A DNA stretch of 64,000 bases, from IMG/VR virus record IMGVR_UViG_3300029305_011567; one strand, given 5' to 3'. Source of the stretch: an uncultured virus (IMG/VR IMGVR_UViG_3300029305_011567) (Duplodnaviria; Heunggongvirae; Uroviricota; Caudoviricetes). A model generated the notes under the pieces. That model saw only the letters and a program-made list of their open reading frames with translations, was not told the origin of the DNA and made no database searches. The position numbers and the translations under genes were made by a program. Position 1 is the first letter of the stretch. The number at the start of each line of letters is the position of its first letter. This document shows, piece after piece, positions 57,786-64,000 of the stretch.

Positions 57786-59818
57786 ATGTTTTTTCCCTCC
57801 TTTTTCTTATATGCCACTAATTTCGTGTCGCTGTAACTACTGTATGACAAATTCACGGTGTATCCTTTTTCTTTCAATTTTTCCTTGAATAAATCTCTGG
57901 ATTCGTTTTGATCTTTATCAAACTCCACTTCGTACCTGTCTTTTTTGTTGAAATACGGTTCCAAATGCTCTTTGTAATACCGTTTACCGATACAGACATT
58001 ACATCCGCTCATCTGGCGCAGCGCTGGGCGTTCTCTGTATTCGCGCTTATTTGCATCCGTGCCATAATACGCTACAATCTCATCCCGGTACCGGATTAAG
58101 AACGGAAGCTCTCTGTCGTCTTCCCATCCGTAAAACAAAAGGATTTCCGCTTTTGTAAATGGACGAACCCTAATGCATACAGCCGGGCGTTTTTCCGGTG
58201 CCCCGTACTCGTCTGGGAACAATACAAATTGATTCTTGCGGAACTTATACCATTCCTTTTCGCTGGGCTGGCCACGATAAACAGAATTGTGTTTTGTAGT
58301 TGTTCCATACTTCTTATCCACGATATCCATGGAACAGTTAATGAATTTGCCTTCTTCCAGTAATCGTGTAATTTCTTCTTTTCGTTCCGTAAAGGACCGG
58401 TACTCTTTTGTATAAATCTCATTTGTTTCCGCTTCGGTATCTGCGTAACCTTTCAATTTCCGGTCGATTACGGTGCGGTAGGCTTCTTCTACATGCTTTC
58501 GTAATTCACTCTCGTAATCAACCAAAAGTGCTTCCTTTGTCGGCAAAATCGGCGCAGATGCGATATCATCCTGCTTGATTCCAAGAATGTGAATCATGTC
58601 TAATACTTCCGGCTTATCTGCAAATAATGACTCTACGCTGTAATCCTGCAAATAGTACGTCTGCGTTGCACTGCTTCCGATAGCGGCAAGCTCGTTTTTA
58701 ACTTCCCGGCCGTCCGTTAACAGCAAGGTTGTCTCCTGCGGAATTACAATCGTGTCAAGCATCGGCGGTTCTTCATCAAAAAACAGGCGCTTTGCTTCAT
58801 AAAACAGTATCGGAATAAAAAGCTTCTGCTCTTCGTCTACCAGTTTTCCCAGTTTATAAGACTGATTGATGGTTGTAAGCTGCGTGGTCCCTTCAGGCTG
58901 ACCGGCAAAGTCCTTAAACAATACCTGATACGGGAAATAGGTCTTTCGGCGACCATATTCGTAAAAATTGTCGCTTGGTGTACCGTAGGAATTGGTGTTA
59001 TTACTTGGAATCAGCCAAATATTATCCCCGTTCTTAATTACAAGATAAATGGTTCGTCCGTATGTATCCTCAGCTTCAAAATACTCTTCCTCGGTCATAT
59101 GCTCATTACACATGGTGTTGTGCTTACGCTCGTTATCATATCCACACTTCCAGTCATCGAAGTAATTATTGGTGTCGCGGTACGTTTTTCGGATTGCTGC
59201 AAACATGATAAGGCTTTCTAGCCCTGAGCCTTCCACGGCCTGAACGATGTCGTGGATGTTACGGAATACGGTAATAGTGTTGATGAATACGGGGGCGACT
59301 TCTGAAAATTTGCCTTTTCTTGCCTGTGTAATACGGCGGTATTTATCCTCTCCTGTGAAATCAAACTTCTCCAGATAGGAAAACGCACTGATTAACACAT
59401 GCACGTTTGCCGTAATATCCGCATATAAGTCGGATTCCGCCTTAAAATCAAGTGATTCCATGATTTCACGGAATTTTCCGGATAACCTCTGCCATACTTC
59501 TTTTGTATTATCTTCTTTTAAGGCACTGTCAAGCTGTCTGATTGCGTCCATGCGCCGGGTATTACCTTCCAGTATTTCCCACGCCGGTATAGCAATAAGT
59601 GGCAGGGATTTTCTAAAAAATGCATCCGTCAGCGCCGGAATAAGCATCGTTAACCGTTCGCATTTTTCAATCTGCTTGATGTATTCGTGAAAATCACTCC
59701 AGATATCTTTGATTCCCTTGCTCTGATTATTTTCGCTGATTCTCTCTTTCGCTTCCGCGAACTGGTAAGAGTCATTGATGATATTGTGATACAAATCTAC
59801 AAGCTGATTATTCTCCAT
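57770..59818 (-). CDS. Large hypothetical protein
   Basis: 682 aa ORF. Confidence 0.7.
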   Translation of the reverse strand: MENNQLVDLYHNIINDSYQFAEAKERISENNQSKGIKDIWSDFHEYIKQIEKCERLTMLIPALTDAFFRKSLPLIAIPAWEILEGNTRRMDAIRQLDSALKEDNTKEVWQRLSGKFREIMESLDFKAESDLYADITANVHVLISAFSYLEKFDFTGEDKYRRITQARKGKFSEVAPVFINTITVFRNIHDIVQAVEGSGLESLIMFAAIRKTYRDTNNYFDDWKCGYDNERKHNTMCNEHMTEEEYFEAEDTYGRTIYLVIKNGDNIWLIPSNNTNSYGTPSDNFYEYGRRKTYFPYQVLFKDFAGQPEGTTQLTTINQSYKLGKLVDEEQKLFIPILFYEAKRLFFDEEPPMLDTIVIPQETTLLLTDGREVKNELAAIGSSATQTYYLQDYSVESLFADKPEVLDMIHILGIKQDDIASAPILPTKEALLVDYESELRKHVEEAYRTVIDRKLKGYADTEAETNEIYTKEYRSFTERKEEITRLLEEGKFINCSMDIVDKKYGTTTKHNSVYRGQPSEKEWYKFRKNQFVLFPDEYGAPEKRPAVCIRVRPFTKAEILLFYGWEDDRELPFLIRYRDEIVAYYGTDANKREYRERPALRQMSGCNVCIGKRYYKEHLEPYFNKKDRYEVEFDKDQNESRDLFKEKLKEKGYTVNLSYSSYSDTKLVAYKKKEGKNICEKK

Positions 59819-59886
59819 TTAATAGTCCCCCTGTAAAATAACGATTGCCGAAAACTGTTTGGTAAGTAACTTAGCGCTACATCATA

Positions 59887-60990
59887 CTAGCTCTTTTTAT
59901 TCTTAAAATATCTACATATGTATGTGCGCATACTCTCATAACTAACGTGGTATATTTCTGCTATTTCTTTTACGGATTTTCCTTGATTGTAGTATAGGTC
60001 TTTAATTTCTTCTTGCTTTTTTGATAATAATCTAAATGTCCTTTTGGATGGAATGTGCACTTTTCTCATGTATGCGTGTATAGTCGATGCGTGAACATGG
60101 TATATTTCTGCTATTTCAATTGCACTTTTTCCTTGATTGTAGTATAGATCATATATGTTCTCCCTTTCGGCTTCACTTATCATAGAATCTTTCGTGGAAT
60201 TTCCTGTGTCTATACCCATTTTAGCCATATAATCTAATAAAGTACTACGTTGTACCTGATATAATTTAGCTATTTCAGTTATACTTTTCCCTTGCTCCCA
60301 GTATAAATTCGATACCATATCTTTATACTCTGGAAATAATTTTTGAGGTTTTTTACCACCTTTATTTCTTAACGGTATCTCGTGTTTTTTCATATAGTTT
60401 GACATGGCATGTTTTTCAACTTTATATATGGCCGCAATTTCTCTTATGGATTTTCCACTTTGATATAAAGCACGGATAACATCCTTTTCGCTCTCACTAA
60501 TGGAACTTCTTTCTTTATTGCGTACAATATGGTGCTTTTTGATATAATAGAGGATAGTGGTTTCATGCACATGGAAATAATCTGCTATCTCTGATATTGT
60601 CATCTTTTTTATACAGTACAAGTCGATAAAGTCTGTCTCGTTAATTATGATTTCGCGAGGCCCGCTAATTGGTGCCTTATCTCTTTTTATCCAATTACAG
60701 ATTGTCTGATAACTCACACCAAAGTATGTCGCCAGTTCTTGATACGACCATTTTTCCACAGAATGCAAATAAATTAAATTTTCTTTTGTTGCGCTATCCG
60801 GGCGTTTTGTTGCTACGTATTGATAATGGCGGTTGCGGCTACACTTGATACCAGCTTTTTTCAACCATTTGTATATCGAATTTTGTGATATCCCCCACTG
60901 ATCTGCCAGTTGTTTTACAGTCATGTGTTGTTTCTGGTACTCCTCGCATATTTCTTTCTTTATTTTGTCAGTGATTTTTTTGTATTTCAT
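59887..60990 (-). CDS. Tandem multi-HTH protein
   Basis: About 7 repeats of LY...GKS..EIA..Y.V...T. Confidence 0.75.
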   Translation of the reverse strand: MKYKKITDKIKKEICEEYQKQHMTVKQLADQWGISQNSIYKWLKKAGIKCSRNRHYQYVATKRPDSATKENLIYLHSVEKWSYQELATYFGVSYQTICNWIKRDKAPISGPREIIINETDFIDLYCIKKMTISEIADYFHVHETTILYYIKKHHIVRNKERSSISESEKDVIRALYQSGKSIREIAAIYKVEKHAMSNYMKKHEIPLRNKGGKKPQKLFPEYKDMVSNLYWEQGKSITEIAKLYQVQRSTLLDYMAKMGIDTGNSTKDSMISEAERENIYDLYYNQGKSAIEIAEIYHVHASTIHAYMRKVHIPSKRTFRLLSKKQEEIKDLYYNQGKSVKEIAEIYHVSYESMRTYICRYFKNKKS

Positions 60991-63008
60991 AGCATTTCTC
61001 CGTTATTTGTTCCAGTCAGCTTTTTTAAATATTCTATTATTTCCCGTTCAGAAGATGTGCGCTCCTGATACTGGTAATTACGTCCCGTATCTGCTGGTTG
61101 TAAAAGCCTGTAAAACGCTTCCGTCTGTTCGGATGAGAGGTACTTGTTGTACGGATGATTCTTGCGGTTAGGGTACTCCGTTACGATAAGCCTGCTGCCA
61201 TCTGCAAAATCAAACTTATAGTAATTCACTTCAATGTGCTCGTCCCGATACCACATACCCCATTCCTGATATTCTGACAACCACTTTTTGATATGTTCTT
61301 CACTTGTAAATTCCGGAAGGACCGGCTGTGACACAGGAACCAGCTCACTCGCCATCATGCTCTGCAATGCCTGAACAATGATTCTTTGCTTTTTTGCAAA
61401 GGCGGTGTCCGCCCTATTTGCTTGTGCCTGTATCAGCTTTTTCTGTTCCTCCAGATATACCGAATACGGTGTAATGTCCTGCTTCGTTGTTTCATTTAAC
61501 GTAAAACGCACATCATCTGACTTGGCGATGCTCTTTTCTTCCCGCTGTGATACATATTTTGAAACCTGAATACAAAACTGGCTCATACTCCATGTGTATA
61601 GGGTATGTTCACTCAGTAACGGGCCTTTTTCGGTGCCCCTGTTTTCATATACCAGCAACGTGTCCAGCTGATCCATTACGTCGATGTAATATTTGTTATC
61701 CCCTACACATACATGAATATAGCTGTCCTTGTAATCATGCAGAAAGCATTGTTTTGTTTGCGTGTAATCTGACGTATAGTGATTCTGCGTGTCACCGTTC
61801 AATACCTCACGGATGGCAGCAGTCCTTATACTTTCTTCTTCATCATGGAAGATTGCTCTTTCACAGCGGTAACTGCATTCTGCATGGTTACAGTTCTTAC
61901 AACATGGGGCCGGTTCCCCATCCCCTGCGCGGTGCATAGCCAACTTATGATTGACAAACTGGCACATGTTTCCAACATTCAATCCCAGTTCTATCATGCT
62001 TGTATTCATAACCGTACAGGGAAAGGGATTTCCCATGGGCGCTTCTACACAATAGCGTTCCTTTTTCCGTATTCCACACTCCATCGAACAACTGTAACAG
62101 TTATATTTATGCCTGCATCCTTCGGTTGCGATTAAAGAATCCGGCGGATAGATACTCTTTGGTAATCCATGTGCGGATAAGGGACCTTGTTCTGCTTCTT
62201 CCGGTGGCGCAGGTTCTTTTGGCCTATCCTCAGTATCTTCTTCGTTGGCAGCAGGCGTATTATCAATTTCGCGGTATTCCCCCTCTGCTACTACCTTTGC
62301 GCGTTTACCGGTGCGTTCCAGATATGCCACCAGTTCAGCGGCAAAGAGGGTATAACTCATGTGGGTGCTGTCTTTGCTTACCTTAATGTCGATCCCTTTT
62401 TGAAATCCGTAAAAGGTCACGCTAATCTGCGGAAGAACGGATCCACTGTAACCGTATGGTGCTTCACTTACTTGAATCAATTTACCAAAATCGCTATTCA
62501 GTCCTTCTTTTTCCCCTATGATTTTCATAAAGGTTTCTGCTTTATCCGGACAAAATTCGATAAATTTTTCCACAAACCACGATGCGGAATGTTGCGCTGT
62601 CGCAACATTCTGTTCTTTCTTTTTTATCTGCCGAATTTCCTTTACGGTCATATCCGGTGTTACCGCTACCCGCTGTTCTTCGGTCATACTAAGCATTTCA
62701 ATCAGTGCACCTTGCGAATATTCTCCATACTGTTCTTTAATGGAAATACTTTTTTCTGATTCCGCATATGTGGCATGAATTTTTATAAAGCGCGTTGCGA
62801 GTGTATAATCAATGTGTAATTCCTGTGACAAGTATTCATCCAAAGTGTCATAATGCTGCTCCCACAGCTTCTCCATCGTCATGCGTTTTAGCATATATCC
62901 TAATTTTACGGCATCCTGCGCTGTTCTTCGCATGGTAGCCCTTATTTCCCTTGTCAGACCGTCATACCCAAGCTCATCAATATTTCCTGTTGCCAATTCC
63001 TTTTCCAT
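60987..63008 (-). CDS. Phage-type multidomain protein (DUF3102-like N-terminus, Cys-rich middle)
   Basis: LGY.LK...Y.T.DEY...ATRFI; LIEMLSM...PDMTVKEIRQ; multiple Cys. Confidence 0.6.
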   Translation of the reverse strand: MEKELATGNIDELGYDGLTREIRATMRRTAQDAVKLGYMLKRMTMEKLWEQHYDTLDEYLSQELHIDYTLATRFIKIHATYAESEKSISIKEQYGEYSQGALIEMLSMTEEQRVAVTPDMTVKEIRQIKKKEQNVATAQHSASWFVEKFIEFCPDKAETFMKIIGEKEGLNSDFGKLIQVSEAPYGYSGSVLPQISVTFYGFQKGIDIKVSKDSTHMSYTLFAAELVAYLERTGKRAKVVAEGEYREIDNTPAANEEDTEDRPKEPAPPEEAEQGPLSAHGLPKSIYPPDSLIATEGCRHKYNCYSCSMECGIRKKERYCVEAPMGNPFPCTVMNTSMIELGLNVGNMCQFVNHKLAMHRAGDGEPAPCCKNCNHAECSYRCERAIFHDEEESIRTAAIREVLNGDTQNHYTSDYTQTKQCFLHDYKDSYIHVCVGDNKYYIDVMDQLDTLLVYENRGTEKGPLLSEHTLYTWSMSQFCIQVSKYVSQREEKSIAKSDDVRFTLNETTKQDITPYSVYLEEQKKLIQAQANRADTAFAKKQRIIVQALQSMMASELVPVSQPVLPEFTSEEHIKKWLSEYQEWGMWYRDEHIEVNYYKFDFADGSRLIVTEYPNRKNHPYNKYLSSEQTEAFYRLLQPADTGRNYQYQERTSSEREIIEYLKKLTGTNNGEML

Positions 63009-63247
63009 AACTGCCCTCCCTTATAAATATCCCGATACATTTCATAATCTTTCAGGTGTCTGCTGCCATCCGCCAGACTTTCTAAGGCACGTAACGCGCG
63101 GGTGTGTGTTTCAAACTGGTAATATTCCGGCATCTTGCCATAGCGGTATACCACAAGTTCACTGCCATAGCCATGAAACGGATATGCGCTGTGGTCTTCC
63201 ACGCAAATAGATAGGTTGTCTATTTCTGCTTCCATTAACCGTTGCAT
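62954..63247 (-). CDS. Hypothetical protein
   Basis: AAGGTG RBS; first gene of leftward operon. Confidence 0.5.
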   Translation of the reverse strand: MQRLMEAEIDNLSICVEDHSAYPFHGYGSELVVYRYGKMPEYYQFETHTRALRALESLADGSRHLKDYEMYRDIYKGGQLWKRNWQQEILMSLGMTV

Positions 63248-63493
63248 TTCATCACCTTCTCACCCTAAAAAGTAAACCGCGGCTTAAATAATTAAACTCC
63301 TGTTTACTTTTATTTTATCATGGTTTTTGTCTATTGCAACATATTTCTTGATAAAACGCTTGATATTTTCCATTTTCGGCATAACGCACAGTTTAAATAA
63401 TTAAACCCTACGTTATTTTTGTATAACTCTGCGTTAATTATCTAATTGACATATTCATGGATTTCAGATAATCTAAAATTGGAGGTGTGAATT

Positions 63494-63736
63494 ATGGGAA
63501 TGAAATATTATAAGCTGTTTGATATGATGCGTCGAAAGAATATCGCAAGAAAAGATTTGCTTACCGTTATCACTGCGCCCACTTACCTGCGCTTAAAAAA
63601 TAACAAAGACGTAACCATGAGTGTGATTGGCCGGCTTTGCGACTATTTGAAGTGTCAGCCGGGGGACATTATGGAATATGTGGCGGAAGGTTCTGTGTCC
63701 GGTAATGGAAACGAATTTGGAAATAAGGAGATGTAG
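63494..63736 (+). CDS. Cro/C1-type HTH (HTH_26-like) regulator
   Basis: YYKLF...LCDYLKCQPGDIMEY. Confidence 0.85.
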   Translation: MGMKYYKLFDMMRRKNIARKDLLTVITAPTYLRLKNNKDVTMSVIGRLCDYLKCQPGDIMEYVAEGSVSGNGNEFGNKEM

Positions 63737-63737
63737 T

Positions 63738-64000
63738 ATGGCAGAATCATTATTTTTTGCTGAACGCATAAAAGAACTTCGCCAAAATTTGAATCTATCT
63801 CAACGTGATTTTGCTGAATCAATTGGCGTATCTGCAATGTCTATTTCAACATATGAATCAAATGCAAAATCTCCTTCTATTGAGACTGTTATTAAAATAG
63901 CTAATAGACATAATGTTTCTATAGATTGGTTATGCGGTTTGAGTGATAAAAAGGCCTTTCTCAACAAGATTGAAACTTATTCTGACTTAATACGGATTAT
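63738..64000 (+). CDS. XRE-family HTH regulator (3' partial; not in ORF track)
   Basis: MAESLFFAERIKELRQNLNLSQRDFAESIGVSAMSISTYE...VSIDWLCG. Confidence 0.85.
   Translation, partial: MAESLFFAERIKELRQNLNLSQRDFAESIGVSAMSISTYESNAKSPSIETVIKIANRHNVSIDWLCGLSDKKAFLNKIETYSDLIRI

Noticed and set aside
1..64000. tRNA/rRNA genes and phage structural genes
   Set aside because: None recognised by eye; a tRNAscan/HMM run would be needed to exclude divergent ones

Overview
This 64 kb, AT-rich window looks like part of a large Firmicutes (Clostridia/Lachnospiraceae-like) mobile element: a megaplasmid, ICE or phage-plasmid. The taxon and element type are inferred from gene content. Bases 1-14 kb hold a surface/conjugation-type block (class B sortase, repeat surface proteins, pilin-like protein, putative cell-wall hydrolase). 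Bases 14-25 kb carry host-takeover and replication helpers (Spo0A C-terminal homologue, HU, LPD1-type zincin, YhaM-like protein, holB, dnaX, nrdG, nrdD). Bases 27-31 kb hold a degenerate tyrosine recombinase, an AT-rich repeat region and an IS481-family element with a 25-bp flanking duplication. Bases 38.8-43.3 kb hold a putative replication module with iteron-like repeats. Bases 44-64 kb are regulators and phage-like hypotheticals. The standout is at 33.4-35.4 kb (- strand): a Cas12f-like gene with inactivated RuvC (D-to-Y, Zn ribbon lost) followed by four tandem natural single-guide cassettes. Each cassette is a ~68-nt tracr-like scaffold with compensatory changes, fused to a 36-nt repeat resembling an inverted type II-A repeat, then a distinct guide. 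No cas1/cas2, tnpA or sigma factor is nearby. This is a candidate multiplexed RNA-guided DNA-binding/regulatory system. Also found: a duplicated structured ncRNA, dispersed palindromic sites, a candidate type I toxin-antitoxin locus and several apparent pseudo-enzymes. All protein calls are motif recognition by eye, not database searches.
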